Shown here: in pieces, positions 23,122 through 38,271 of the stretch
Position numbering within the stretch: the first letter of the stretch is position 1
How the letters are laid out: each line of letters opens with the position of its first letter
Assembly: GCF_001186125.1 (NCBI RefSeq)
Contig: NW_014040324.1
Coordinates: forward strand, 50,561-90,561
Reading direction: 5' to 3'
Source: Sphaeroforma arctica JP610
Lineage: Eukaryota
DNA length: 40,001 nucleotides
The notes under the pieces: generated by a model
What the model saw: the letters and a program-made list of their open reading frames with translations, nothing else
Told to the model about the DNA's origin: nothing
Database searches by the model: none
Program-made: the position numbers and the translations under genes

Positions 23122-25257
23122 TGTGGTTGAAAAATGGTGTGGCACTTGTAGAATACGACTATTCTTTATATATTCTATCGATAATGAAACGAAAAATCTC
23201 AACAGTTATCAACACGAACGTTTTGAGAAATGGCGCGGTTTCGTTTTTGCTCTTTCTATTTTTGGCGGTATTGATGGTAACGTAAAAAAGTTGTCGTAGA
23301 GATAATAATATTTATTTCAAATTGCCGTAGGCGTAAAAATCGACGGTTGGAAATAATGGCTGTTTTAAATAGTATATTTAAGGAGCTCAAATATTTTTGA
23401 GAATGATGTTGTACCCAAAAGAAAATCTGAGAATAAAAAATCGATCTAAAATGGACTTATTCAAAAAGAAATCATTTTGAGTTGCAGAACAGGGCCTAAA
23501 ACCACTACCAACAGCATGGTCAAAATATATTTGCTTTGTTTTATGGTCACAAATTGCATTGGTATTAATAATAAAAATTACAAGGTAACCGACCATTAGA
23601 AAAATCTAATTTGAGAGTTTGCACTCATCTGTGTCCAATGTCAGCCTGTCAGGTGCATATCTCGATATATTCTAAGACAAACCGATAATGAAAAGGTGAA
23701 AGTTTCAAAGTTCAAAAATCAAAACGTTTGGCCGATTTAATTTTTGTGTTTAGAATACTTTTACGAAATATTCAAAAATATTCCATAGAATCCATAATAC
23801 AACTCTGCTCGTCTGAAACCATAAATGCTTTTACTCTCTACCTGCATACTGAACTCTAGAGTAGACGCTACTCTTTCTAGTGCGAAGATTTCAGATTTAG
23901 AGTATTTATTGTTTCTCATTTGTCATAGCATACGATTTATATACACACGTCTTCCATTATTAAAAATAGTAAACATAGCCTTCTACATAATAATCTATTT
24001 TTAAAAATAAAATAAAATAGTTCACTTATAGGGTGAACATTCGGCCATTTGCACTCGTTGCTTTTATGTTGCTGCCTTTTTTTAAAAAACAAAATATATA
24101 AACAAACAAAAGAATCATATCCTTGTTTTTTTAATTTTTAAAAACAATATAAAAGTACTTTGCTCTATTGTATTAAAAATAACGACAATAGGTGGTTACG
24201 CAAGAGACCTATTTTTAAAGGGCTAAGAGTACGAGACAGGGTTTTAGCGATGATGAGGTATTTATTTTGATTTTAAGGGGGATTAATTTTAAGGTTTTGC
24301 TCCGAGGTGAAGGTGGAACATTGCGTCTTTTTTTCCTGAAAACAATCACACTCGTCAGTCATCACTCATCACTCGTCACTGTCATCCGTCGTGCTATTCT
24401 ATTCAGTTATTTTCATAGCCTCCTTAAATTGAACATAGTATGTGTTTTTTTTTAAACAAAATGAAAATACGTGTTCAGGAAGTCGAATATGCGCATCGAA
24501 CAGCTCACTCTTTATGTGAGTGATCTCAGAATACTTTTATTCTTGTTGAGAAAGAAGGCATAAGTTTCCCCGTGTGGAACGATCTTGATATTTTAAAATC
24601 TCTCCTGTGCAGAAGTGCACTAATATTTGTTCATGTCCGGCATGCACGAGTGGAACGCAACACATTGCTTTCACTGCGAGCTCAATCATTCAGTTTTAGG
24701 GTACATACAAGGCTTCTACGTAAACACAGAATATATGGGTTCTAGTTTGTAAGCGTGATTAAAGTTGGGCAAATCAACCTACCCCTCTCGAGACTATCCC
24801 GAGAATCCTGTAGATGTCACCCCTCTATCTCTATGTAAAGAAGACAAACTAATGTCATTGCTCCTACCAAACTTGAGAGGGGCGGGGTGCCCCTGTCCCT
24901 GCCCTCCACTACTCTAGTGTCTACAACTCGTCTACCTATTATAAATATCGCACACTTTTCTCTTGCTTCGTATATCCAAAAGTGGTGAAGAAGACGGCTT
25001 GCTAACATTTATGCTTAAGTCACCGCTTTTTTAATCAAATAAATAGTACAGTGTACGTACGATATACAGATTGAATTGCAACATGCTGTTATCTATAAAT
25101 TGGATGATCGTGGCCTCAGTGGGGATTCTATCCATCCAATATCGATATATCTAGGAGTATCTCATGCTCCCGAGATAGGTTTACTTCTCTGATTTGTTGT
25201 ATCATGGCGGCCACTCCGAGTATCTGAACGTGCCACATGTTTGTTTCGCCGACTGGT

Positions 25258-28119
25258 TCACACTCTTTCAGCGACCTTGATGGCTGCTCTACACCCAGTT
25301 TCAATCACCGTCTTGTATGCATTATAAAATGGCGTCTGTTCGAAAATCGAGCGGAGTGCAACCCATTAGCAAAGCCAGTCATATATAAGATGCGGTTCAG
25401 GCTCGCATACATTTTGACTAAGTTATGTCGCACTACAAAATTCAATTGAGATCTAATTTGTGGAAATATATGGCAAGGGCAAACATACGATGGATGAAAT
25501 GATTGTATTCTCCAGTGCGTACATGTCTGAAATCAAGAGAGCAAGAAAAAAATACTTTGAAACCCTGAATGGTGTTATGTGAATCAAGTACGCCTACCAC
25601 GCGTACAATCAACCCCTTCTCCGGCGCGCAAATTGCAACTAAAGAGTAATGGATGCGTTAACTTTCGTGATCGCCCGTGCAGCCGAGCAATAGTCCCACA
25701 GGGCAGATCTGAATTACATACCATCTCAGCATCATTTTCTAATCCTGTCTCCAGATGGTGCAGCTCTTCATCTCTGAACTGACTTATAATCCCGCATAGC
25801 TCAGCTCTCCTTTCTCTATCGCCCTCTTTTGCTTCATCCATACTAAGCAGTTCACGCAATTGACTACAAGATGATAGACGAACAAATTAGTAGCATTGGC
25901 CTACGGAAGATCGTCAGACAGTCACACTGATTGAAGAAGTTTGCATCGCTCTTGCGTAAAATGTTTTCACCGATAATTCACAAGTACATCTGTACGAAAT
26001 AACAATATAGAAACTTTGTGCACTGCTCAACAATTTCTACGTCGGTAACTACACGTACACGCCATTCCGTAATTTTAATAGGTGAAATGCAATATCAGTG
26101 CTTTACACCCCCCCCACACAGGGCGATGTAGCTACACTCTACTATGCACCTTCGATGTTATTCCGCGCGCATCTTGCTTCACAATCAGTACGAACACCCT
26201 ACCCCATCCTTTACACATATGTACACACAATGTATAACGATTGCGAACGCGGGACCAACCTGTCGTAATGCTCGCCAATGACTGTCTCAACAGCTACAGT
26301 ACACGCCATCGCAGCCTCTTTACCCAAAGCAGCACTGCCTGCACCCAAAACCCACCCGGCAACGTTCCACACAGGGTATAGTGCACTAGGGCGTACTCTG
26401 TATTCGTTCATAAGTCTCTCAAAAGTGGCCAAATGGTGCTTCTCTTGCTCCCACATTTCTTTGACGGTAGGTCCCACTGTTGCAATTGATTTTGACATTG
26501 GTTACGCTTGAATTGCATCTATTGAATACTTCAATGCCGATAATTGCCGATGGCCAAAGACAATTCAATGATACACAGACCGTTGGAAAACGTACACCAT
26601 TGGAACGAACGATGGAACGAACGAACGATGGAACGAACGAACTATTGATAGTGTCTAAACCGAGAATTGTTCGAACAACATCTGCAAAATATAATTCACG
26701 TGCTATAAATCGTGTACTTCAAAACATACCCGGTGTCGTCTTAAGAACAGCATACTGCCCTGCGTAGATACGATCAGCACCGAGCTCACCAGCATGATCC
26801 ACCCGGACGAGAGTATCGATAAACGTCCTTTCAGTCTCACTCAGACCCTTATATAGATGCCTAAATCTAGAAAACGGAATTAGCAAGAAAAAATATAAGA
26901 TCTCAATCATCCGTGGTCTACACTGGAAAGCAAAAATATATATGACGACCACTGGAGTACATTTATGTCTAAATCTATCTATCTCCCTATATATATNNNN
27001 NNNNNNNNNNNNNNNNNNNNNNNNNNNNNNNNNNNNNNNNNNNNNNNNNNNNNNNNNNNNNNNNNNNNNNNNNNNNNNNNNNNNNNNNNNNNNNNNNNNN
27101 NNNNNNNNNNNNNNNNNNNNNNNNNNNNNNNNNNNNNNNNNNNNNNNNNNNNNNNNNNNNNNNNNNNNNNNNNNNNNNNNNNNNNNNNNNNNNNNNNNNN
27201 NNNNNNNNNNNNNNNNNNNNNNNNNNNNNNNNNNNNNNNNNNNNNNNNNNNNNNNNNNNNNNNNNNNNNNNNNNNNNNNNNNNNNNNNNNNNNNNNNNNN
27301 NNNNNNNNNNNNNNNNNNNNNNNNNNNNNNNNNNNNNNNNNNNNNNNNNNNNNNNNNNNNNNNNNNNNNNNNNNNNNNNNNNNNNNNNNNNNNNNNNNNN
27401 NNNNNNNNNNNNNNNNNNNNNNNNNNNNNNNNNNNNNNNNNNNNNNNNNNNNNNNNNNNNNNNNNNNNNNNNNNNNNNNNNNNNNNNNNNNNNNNNNNNN
27501 NNNNNNNNNNNNNNNNNNNNNNNNNNNNNNNNNNNNNNNNNNNNNNNNNNNNNNNNNNNNNNNNNNNNNNNNNNNNNNNNNNNNNNNNNNNNNNNNNNNN
27601 NNNNNNNNNNNNNNNNNNNNNNNNNNNNNNNNNNNNNNNNNNNNNNNNNNNNNNNNNNNNNNNNNNNNNNNNNNNNNNNNNNNNNNNNNNNNNNNNNNNN
27701 NNNNNNNNNNNNNNNNNNNNNNNNNNNNNNNNNNNNNNNNNNNNNNNNNNNNNNNNNNNNNNNNNNNNNNNNNNNNNNNNNNNNNNNNNNNNNNNNNNNN
27801 NNNNNNNNNNNNNNNNNNNNNNNNNNNNNNNNNNNNNNNNNNNNNNNNNNCTATTAAGATTTAGATTCATATACATGAGACTACAAACCGCTTACCGTTT
27901 GGCCCTGTTGTTCTTCGCAACGTCGTCATCTTCCCTACAATCGCCACTAGCTGGTGCTACAGTACCAATTGAACGATGATTGGATATAGCACCCATATAG
28001 GCACTACTAGTCGACCTGAAACTACCCTTTATATACTTGCTAGAAGCCTGTGCTCGCAAAATTAATGGTGAGCGATGAACATGGTTGATACAATTTCCAA
28101 ACCGTAAGCCACACTGCAT
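25258..28119 (-). CDS. COQ7: 5-demethoxyubiquinone hydroxylase (COQ7/CLK-1), mitochondrial
   Basis: Exons 28119-27896, 26860-26730, 26476-26260, 25863-25722 and 25335-25258, all GT-AG with consistent phases. Motifs [65 protein letters not shown]. The start codon is tentative and intron 1 contains an N gap. Confidence 0.93.
26997..27850. other. Assembly gap (N run) within COQ7 intron 1
   Basis: N bases. Confidence 1.
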
Positions 28120-29573
28120 GATGGATTTTTCCTCCAAATGTGAGTACAGAGAGGGTAACTTCACGCAAATATGTATACAGTGTACGTTGTTCAATTCTGG
28201 CACAGCGAGACAGAACTGCGCATTTATATATTTTTAAATATTTAGTTACCTATGAACTTGTGGAGCCCCGGCCCCCGAGCCGTACCACATTCTCAGCCGC
28301 GATGTACACTTGGTATGCATAAATATTTACATCAATACATCTTGACGGAAATTTAGATTGACGATTTTTCATGAGGTACACTTTGCCGCCAAATTTTAAA
28401 CATCGAATCATTATAGCTTTCCATTGAAACGCTACACATAGAATGCTATGTATAAATACACGAATGGAAATACATATTCACTTTCTCGAACAAAACAAAA
28501 TATGCTGTATGTATATTTAGAAGGCTATGCTGTATTGATTTATCATATTTAACTTATTAAAACACACATGTGAGGTACAAGGTTTTGTATATTTATATTA
28601 TATTAATAGAGCTTATTGAAATCCCGCTGTTGTGATTCAGCAAGACAGCAATGAATAAATGTTGCAATCGCATGAACCTCTAGAAGTAGAAATAAAAATA
28701 TAGTCATCAAAATATGGCTGAACGGACTAGCGTCCGAAGGATACAATAGAAACTCAAACCTAATCGTCCCTACCCATGGCCCTCTGGACCAGAGTCTCCG
28801 CAGAGAACATTGTATGTTCTGGTATGTCCATGCCCTACCGTTGGTGCTTTTTTGTTCTAGATCGCTTCCACCACATTCTAATAAGTCGCTGTGAACCAAC
28901 CAATCGCTTTACCGGCCCCTCTATTTCTACTTGATTTACATCAGGCAGCCGAGGTTGGACCTCATACAACACATAGTAATTAGCGCGTATGGTGTGTTTC
29001 GTAAGCCCATAAAACACCCAAAGCGCATAAAGACCACGAGCTAGTTAACTCTTCTGTTCGTTAAAAGATAAGTCAGAAGTACAACTTGAGCTGAGCCTCG
29101 AACTTGTCTGCTGCGACTGGCTGGGCTGCGCCCGCCCATTCTGTTTGCATTGAGTAGGATGAGTAAAAATATTTACAAAGTATTGTAGGAAGCAAGATTG
29201 TAGTAGCTTATGACTACTACGAGTACCAACGTGCTTAGCATTGTAGAAGCAATCATAAAGCTTTGACGCAGAAGACCATGTGAGCCTCGATGTATAAATG
29301 TCAAGTAATATATTGACATATTGCCGCCTAAGGGGTGATTTGGTGTTTCATAGTACTTCTAGTATACATAGTACTCCGGGTAATACTTTTCATAAATCGC
29401 GGGTACGACTGCTGCGGCCAGCTATAAAGAATTCACCGTCTCCACAGCAGTCCACATCATGAGAAATTAAAGCTCGACAATCTATAGATACTTGTCTACT
29501 GATTGTATCCCAAGGTGAGTCTCAAAGCGCGAAACTTAAAAGCATTTATTGATGTGTAAACTATAACTAATAT

Positions 29574-32500
29574 TTATTTTGCGGCCTCAGCTGCTGCGGC
29601 GAGTCTTATATCGTTCACGACCTTCACGGCGGCAAGGGGTATGCGCGTGCCAGGACCGAAGATACTACTGCAACCAGCAGCATAAAGGAAATCATAGTCT
29701 GATGGGGGAATCACACCTCCGGCAAGCTGTAAATGTATATATGGGTGTCAGAATATCAGTCAGTGCGCGTCACGGTCTATTATTTACTGTTCTGTGAAAT
29801 ATTGCGTCTGGTGACCCAGATATTGAGTGCCTGCTGCCATTCTTAATTACAGTAAAAAAAATCACGTGCCCTAAGATATACAAACTATCAGTGCTGCAGA
29901 ATTATAAAATTATATAACTATATATATATATATATATATACATATATATATAAATATATATAATTTTGTGCGTAGCCACAAATACACAGTCAACATGCCA
30001 TGCAAAGTTAAATCACTTACAATGACAATATCCGGCCGTCCCAAATCCGTCAGCGCTGTCTTGAGCGTCGGTATAAGTGTCTTATGCCCTGCTGCCAGTG
30101 AGCTCACACCCACGACATGCACATCGTTATCTATTGCCTGGCGTGCCACTTCCTCGGGTGTGCAGAATAGCGGGCTGATATCAACATCAAATCCTATGTC
30201 AGCAAACGATGTGGCGATAACTTTTGCGCCTCTATCGTGTCCATCTTGGCCCATTTTGGCCATGAGAATTCGGGGAGGTCTACCCTCTTCCTTGGCGAAT
30301 TCCTATATGCACACACAGAGGTGAGAACCGCTCGCGTTTATGGGTTAATATTGAAAATATGGACAGACTATACGAGATAGACAAACTCTTTTGTGAACAA
30401 ATAGAGACGAGAACAGCGTATGGGCAAAATATATATATCTACTCTAAACTACAGGGAACTGGCGAGCGCCAACATATGCAACAAACAGAGACGAATCCCA
30501 CATACGTCGGCAAGATAAGTAATTAGGAAAATGGTGAAGTCCTTTTGTCCGAAAAGAGAGACGAAATCCACACATGTGCAGCAGACATATAATGTTACTT
30601 AAATAAACAGACATAATGATGATTCGACTATACACATCCTTCTAGGCGTAATCCGAACATATACAAATATATACATATGCACGCAAGTGTATTCATGTAT
30701 ATTTATATGCACATATTGTTAAATTACCTTCACAATATCCAAAGCCTTTCCCATATCATCGTCGCCAGGGATTTCGTTGATGTACGCGCCGCTGACCATG
30801 CCACTGTGAGCCACATGGCGGCCAAAGACTACCTCGAGCGAATCAGATATTTCACCCACTGTGCAACGCGCTCGTGCAGCCTGTTGTGTGAAGATCGATA
30901 TAAAAGTACAAAAACTGAGTACAGTGTGTGGACATTCAACTTGTCTGGCGTGGCGTAAGTTTTTAATAAGCGCAATTATACCGGGTGAACGTATACGTTA
31001 CCATGTTCTTATGAGAGTCTAAATGCATACGAAACAGAAATGCAGTGACAAGCGCATCTACAGTTGAGAAGTAATTAGAGTGTGCGGATGTCGAATTTGC
31101 AACCGAGAATGAATTTTGTGCAACTACAAGCGAACAGACAGTGTTCACAACTTAACAGGTATGACTGACACCGATTCACAAAATTATTTTTGATGCACAA
31201 TGAGGCGTCCTCGTATGATGTTGATATATATATATATATATATATATATGTTTATATATATATATATGTATATATATAAAAATATATAAATGTATGTATT
31301 TATGTATGTACATTGGTGAAAACTTTCATAAAAATAGATACAGATATGTAAACTTACGTTAATGGCCAGTTCCAATAAGTTTCCTTCGCCAGTTTTAGCA
31401 GACTCAGTCAGTGCCTCCAAACACTTATTGGCTTCCATGGAGTTCCTTTCTTTGCGGATGCGGTTGATTTTCGCGATCTGCTGATTTCTCACGGATGTGT
31501 TGTCAATTTGAAGCACATCAAATGGATCTTGCTGTGTTCCGGTAAGTAAGAGCAAGTCGATTAGCTTACAATCTTGAAATGATACTTCTCAAATCCCAGT
31601 TTCCGCCCACATATCGACAGTCAATGAGAACAATAGAAGAACCGCGATATAGATTAAATTTATCCCACATAATACAATCGGACAGAGCTCTGTAAAAATT
31701 CAACTGCATGTATCAGCAAGTCGTACACACATAAAACATATATATATAAATACGATACATTCATGCATATATTATATACAACATACAAAATATACATGCA
31801 CTTGAACCACGTTGTATCTGTCAACGCATATTACGACTCTTAGCCAGTAACAATGCGTGCCTACCGATTTGGGGGTCACTTGTGTGCGTAGTTTGGGCGA
31901 TATGTATGCCACAGTTTTAGTCATATTTGTAATACCATTGACAAGGCCTATATACATACAACTTATAAAGAAAACTTATAATATATATATATATATGTGT
32001 GTGTGTGGGTATATATATATATGTATAAATGTATATATATATATATATAAACTAAACACACATGCATAGCAGAAATACATACATACATACGTACCTTGGC
32101 CATCTTGTACTTATTAACGCCGACAATAACCTCTCTGCCAGTGTCAATGCGTGCCTGTCGTTTGGCCGCACACTCTTCAATACGCAACTTAGGCATACCG
32201 GATGCCACAGCCTTGGCCATACCTCCCAAATCGTCAATCTCTTTGATGATTGATAGAGACTCTGTGTAAATCTGTGGAGCGAATGCAATACAATTGTCGT
32301 TTGTTTAGTGTGAAAGTACTACATAACAATAGAGGGTTCTTGCAAATCTTTGGTGAAAAACCTTGATGATTATGCACTTTCGCATGACAAGGCGTGGGTT
32401 TGTGTATAGAGTAGCAGCCACTAGATTCGTATCGGTTACGCAAGTGTCGCATGTCGAATATCGTCACCAATGGAAACCCCCACGTACACCACGCGTTTAT

Positions 32501-35500
32501 TATACTGGCCTTGAGCTGAACTTATGCTGTCGTAGCCGCGACCAACCCACAATTGGAGTAAAATCGACACAAAGCACACTAACAAACGCGTCTTTGTCCG
32601 GGAGTGCCTAGTTCGACGTCTTGTCTTCCATGACTTAATTCTCGCCGCTATCACAATATTGCCTATATAACGTCCTAACAGGTACAGTACTGCCATATAG
32701 AGTTCTCAACAATTCGCTAGCCCATACTCGAGTTTTGAAAGTGCTAAACCACTTCAATTCAAACTACAGCTGACAATGAATAATCACCAAATATACATAC
32801 TAGCCATCATATAGTTGCACAAACCGAGCCCTATTCTTCAAGGGAAATACATTCCACTACCAAACACCTGACTTGTGTCAAATTTTCCACACGCAAAAGG
32901 GTCCGATGCGTATACAAGCAATTCAGACAGATGAATCCCACTTCAAGATATATGTAGTAATCATACACCAAGCACGCACCTCATCTGTCAATTTCTCCAT
33001 GAAGTACGATCCACCCCAGGGGTCGATGACATTGGGGATGTGCGATTCCTCCTGCAGGATCAGCTGTGTGTTACGCGCAATTCTGGCACTGAACTCTGTT
33101 GGGAGACCCAAAGCCTCGTCCAGTGAGTTAGTATGCAGAGACTGGGTACCGCCAAACACAGACGCCATCGCCTCGATAGTTGTACGCACGACATTGTTGT
33201 ACGGATCTTGCTCAGTCAGTGACCAACCACTTGTTTGACTGTGAGTTCGCAGCATCAGCGATTTAGGGTTCTTTGGTTTGAAGCGATCCTGCACCAACTC
33301 GGCCCATAGTTTGCGGGCGGCTCTCATCTTGGCGATTTCCTGTGTGTGTACCAATATGCAAATGGAAGTGTATATCGATGCGGGTTCGTGACATATACTG
33401 ATGTGATTGCGTGCCGGTTGAAGTAAGTGTGTATATATTGAGAATATAGAGAGTGGTTATGTGAACTGATGCGTGTGTGAATTCATGCAAGTGTGTGAAA
33501 GCATGAACGTGCTGAATTTTAATAGCCATCAATCATCTCTAATTAATGATAAAACGCGCGACTAGCCGTTGTCTAAAGAATACGGATCAACTCTTGATAT
33601 AAGGAGTTATTTGAAGGTGTTATCTCGTCATCAATGAGTGCACGCATACATTACCTACATTTGCGAAAGCCACGTAGGTGCAGTTCAGAGTAAAGCAGTG
33701 TAAGGTATACCACGAAACACAGGGCTGTACATAGCAATGTGTGCTATGACGATTCTCTTTTTCCAAATACCAGCAATATTTATGTAGAGCTGGGCGCGGA
33801 CTACGAGTTACGTATACTGCTCATGGCTGGTTTTGATGTAGTACTTGGAATATTTGAATACTAGATTCTAAGCATACCATATAGAAGCTCATTCCGATGC
33901 ACCAGAAGAAAGATAAACGAGGCGCAAACTTATCAATATCCAAACCCGCGTCGATTCCGGTCTGACAGTATTGCAAACTGGATGAAATTGGAACAAGCTC
34001 AGTTTGATTAGATGGCGTTTCGATTTCCCACCAAAAAGCGCATGCGGAGCAAGTACAAGTATCAACACATGGGGAACAACAATGTATCTGAAAGCAATAT
34101 ACACATGCGCGGTGTACATATACGTCACCTACGGTGAAAGCGCGCTCTCGTGCTGAGTGCATACCTGAATCTTGTATATGTACACAAGACATTAAGGGGA
34201 CGAACGAAAGAAACTCGAGTAGTTGTAATCCCTGGTACTCGACTCCCTCGTCGCTAACACCCATACCAAATTGACAAACTACAATTGACACATAGGCCCC
34301 AAATAAATCCAGTGTATCCTTTCCAACATGGATTAAGGTATGATATTGACGTTCAGCACTATAAAACAACAGCTATAACAGAGACGCGTGCCTGGGCTAG
34401 CAGCACATAACAAAACTGTGCGGGGTGTACTCACCCATCAGCAATGGTAAAGGCGCACTCTAGAGCTGAGTGGGCCCCAGCCTCTTGCAAGTGATAGCCC
34501 GAGATGGAGATGGAGTTCCACTTCGGCATGTGGGTAGCGGTGTACCCGAAGATATCGGCAATAATCTTCATCGACGGCTCGGGTGGGTAAATGTATGTGT
34601 TTCGCACCATGAACTCCTATATGTGCAGGTAATTGCGGGAGACGATGAGCAATAGTACCATAAAGTCAAGAATATGCACTTAAATGTGAACGAAGTCTTC
34701 TGGTAGTGAATAATTTTTTTCTTGCATACTTTCAGTCAATTCGTTCTATTTGCTACCCTGCCGTTCACCGGCGACGACGTCACAGTGAATACCTATGACA
34801 ACTTACGCTTAGTAACGAGTATTCGCATCCACGCACATGAATATGCACATTTTAAAATGATATATATATGTATACATATATACTCATATATATATATGTA
34901 CAAATGTATATATATGTATGTATGTATGTATGTATATATTTATGTATGTATGTATGTATGTATGTATGTATGTATAAATATATATATATATATATGTATG
35001 TACATATGTATGTATGTATGTATGTATATGTATATATATATATATATATGTGTGTATATATATACATATATATATATATATGTATGTATATATCTTTTTC
35101 ATCCAAACAGACATATACATAGATGTATATAGCGAAATGTGTCCATATATGAATAGAGCATGCACACAAATAGAGCTTGTAGAACCGTTCCTGACCTTCA
35201 GGATGTCGTTCTGTATAGTTCCAGCCAATTGGCTCTGCTTGGCACCCTGCTCCTCGCCGGCGACGATATACATAGCCAGCACAGGCAGCACTGCACCGTT
35301 CATTGTCATGGACGTCGACATCTTGTCAAGAGGTATGTCTTTGAAGAGAACCTGCAATGATTTATAATCATAGAGTAATTGAAATTCCCATAAATAAGGA
35401 TCTAAGATCTAGTAATGTCATGTTATGCACCGCTTCGGTGTGTAGAGGTCAGACTGAAGAAAGTACATCCAGTGAAGATTGTCAGTGTTCAATTTGGTGC

Positions 35501-35724
35501 ACAAGATAGAACAAACAATTCACCTAAACAAGCACCCTTGACGCTATAAAAAATGGGGCAGCAAGCGGAAATCGCACTTCACATACACACATATATACAG
35601 GCATTTGTATATTATGCACATATACAAACACGACATTGGCAAAGGTATAATCATTCGGATATACACTTACAAATACATTTAAAAATACATCTACATTAAA
35701 ATTTTCATTTACGCCCACACACAC

Positions 35725-35758
<34 letters not shown>

Positions 35759-35767
35759 ACAATAAAT

Positions 35768-35814
<47 letters not shown>

Positions 35815-35820
35815 ATATAT

Positions 35821-35869
<49 letters not shown>

Positions 35870-38271
35870 TGGTCTTTAAGCTATCTGTATCAACACCATC
35901 CATATCACGTTTCCCGTCACTTGCTTCTTCTCTGTAACTATATATACGTCGTGCGGCTAAGAACTTGCACCCACCTATACATACATGCATATATACGCAC
36001 AATTGAATATATACGCACATTGATAAACATGCACACACTTGGTATACGTATTTAAATGCAGATATATATAAATACCTTCATGTCCTCGACGCTATCGATG
36101 GCAACACCAGCCATACCCACATCACCCACCACTCGCTCGTTATCTGAATCGTATCCTCTGTGTGTGGCCAGATCGAATGCGACACTCAGACCTTGCTGGC
36201 CAGCAGCGATGTTCTTTTTGTAGAAGGCATTACTCTCTTCCACAGTACTGTAACAAAAAAATCCAAGGAGAAAGCCGACAAGCTTGCTGAGTGCACGTAA
36301 ACGACACAGAGTAGACGTGCCCAAGTTTGCAAAGTTGTGCACCGCAATGTACACCATGTGATAAGTGATACAATCCGGTACGTATGAGTATGATCTCAAA
36401 AAATATGCAGGTATGTGCGTTAACATGCAGATACTCAAATTGAAGAATCCGGCTGGGCAGATCAATATAAATTCTAAACATCGCAATGATTTGTGTTTAC
36501 AAATTTTTACATATTGGTAAACATACAATACGCATTTAGATCTAATTATGTGCATTTACCTATGTAACAAGTTTCAACTACATTGTATAACTTGTTTACC
36601 TGAACCCAGCGTACTGTCGAATCGTCCATGGTTTACGGGCGTACATCGTCGCGTAAGGTCCTCGTGTGTACGGGAATACTCCCGGATGTTGTGCGATATC
36701 CAAGTCTTCTATATCGGCGGCTGTGTACAGAGGTTTAACATCGATACCCTCCTGTAAGACCAGCACCATTAAAGAGAAAGCACAAATGGGGCAAATACAA
36801 TGCGTGTGAGATATACATTTTATACATACAGTTATAATTTCCTATGGGCATTCTCATATTCGGTTAATTGGAGATTGGATTTCTTGGTGAGATCTTGTGA
36901 CAGTGTGTCCGGCATGTTAGGCATCACTTTGAACTTCAACTTATATTCTGCCAATAAGACGGTCTCAATAGGAGCGTTAATATAAACCAGCCAAATGTCT
37001 ACTTATGTCATTTCACTGCCTTTAAAAGTATCGCTAGCTCTATATGGGGAGACAACTCATACAATTGCATCACCATATGGAAGATTCTCGTTGCTGTTAT
37101 ATACCTGCCGTAGTGTTCATTATCCTATGCAACGCTCACAGGACGAGTATTGCTTGACACCTTATGCCGCACCGTTGTGCACAATAAAGCGAAATAAGTG
37201 TTTCTGCGACATACACCTCAATACACCTCCGCTATTCATACGCACCTCAGCGCTGTGCCGCAACGCCGAGAAAGCGGAAATGTTGTGCAATATGAATATG
37301 CGGCACTAAGTGTAATAAGATTTATGGTGCTCCCAAGCAAGCAGATTCCATTGCGAGCATATCGAACTTGGCGACACTGCCAATGTACAAATATAACACT
37401 TTATATATATGAATGTGTGTATGTTTGTAATCTTATCAGAATGACTATTGCACTGTATATAAATACTGCACTCTAGAACGAGCGCAGGCATGGAGCGGCT
37501 GGCTCTAGGACTTTTTCTGAGTACAAGCATACTAAGCCTATGGAGATACCCCACTGGTATTGATATGTGTTCATATATAATTTGTGCATTAGTGTACCTT
37601 TATGCGTGTGCGTGTGTACACGCAAGTGTGTATGATTTTGATTATGTGTACACGTGTGTATTTCTGTTTAGATATACGTACATGTGTGTGCGTCAGTAGT
37701 TATGCGTGTTCGAGCACACACTGAGCAATTATGCATGTGCGTACAAACAATGTGTGTACATTTATTATGTATATTGTGTCCGTGTCTGTTTGCGTGTATA
37801 TTTCTTTATAGAAAAGTCCGAACGGTTGCAGCAAGCCTGTACATCGAGGCCAACTGAATTGCACAGTGTTCCGCCGAGAAGACGCCACACTTTGCTCGAG
37901 TCCTGCCTATTTGAACACGTACCGAAAATAGACCGCTATCCTAATAGGAATTACTCAAAGTATATGTATGTAGTGCAAACAGTAGCACAGCCAATACATA
38001 CAAGCACTCAATTCCGACTGAACACATACATGAAAGCATGCTATATATACAAACATGAGCTTCAAATATACATGCAGGCTTTAAGGCATGCACAGACCTG
38101 AGATTTCCACAGCAGTGCTTCGTTGGGTTTCTGTCCCTTGAGCTCCTTCTCAGCTCTTGTGGTCCAGGCTTGCTCACCCTCTTTAGCTGCTTTGATAGTT
38201 TTAGTGGACATAACTCTAACGCTGGACAGCCTGAGCGACCGAGAAGACACGGCACGTGTAGCGTTCAACAT
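29574..38271 (-). CDS. MMUT: Methylmalonyl-CoA mutase, mitochondrial (adenosylcobalamin-dependent)
   Basis: Twelve GT-AG exons: 38271-38098, 36751-36600, 36247-36076, 35351-35196, 34616-34435, 33977-33878, 33339-32980, 32271-32095, 31531-31358, 30880-30728, 30302-30021, 29726-29574. Motifs [45 protein letters not shown] and the B12-binding [10 protein letters not shown]; Arg/Ser-rich N-terminal targeting peptide. Confidence 0.97.
34858..35092. repeat. Intronic (TA)n/(TATG)n microsatellite
   Basis: Direct inspection. Confidence 0.9.
35724..35866. repeat. Intronic (TA)n microsatellite
   Basis: Direct inspection. Confidence 0.9.

Noticed and set aside
23200..24460. Harbinger TIR or MITE boundaries
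   Set aside because: AT-rich and repeat-like, but no paired terminal repeat or TSD could be identified.
28330..29570. Additional gene or ncRNA between COQ7 and MMUT
   Set aside because: Only short ORFs without recognisable motifs; compatible with UTR or promoter sequence.
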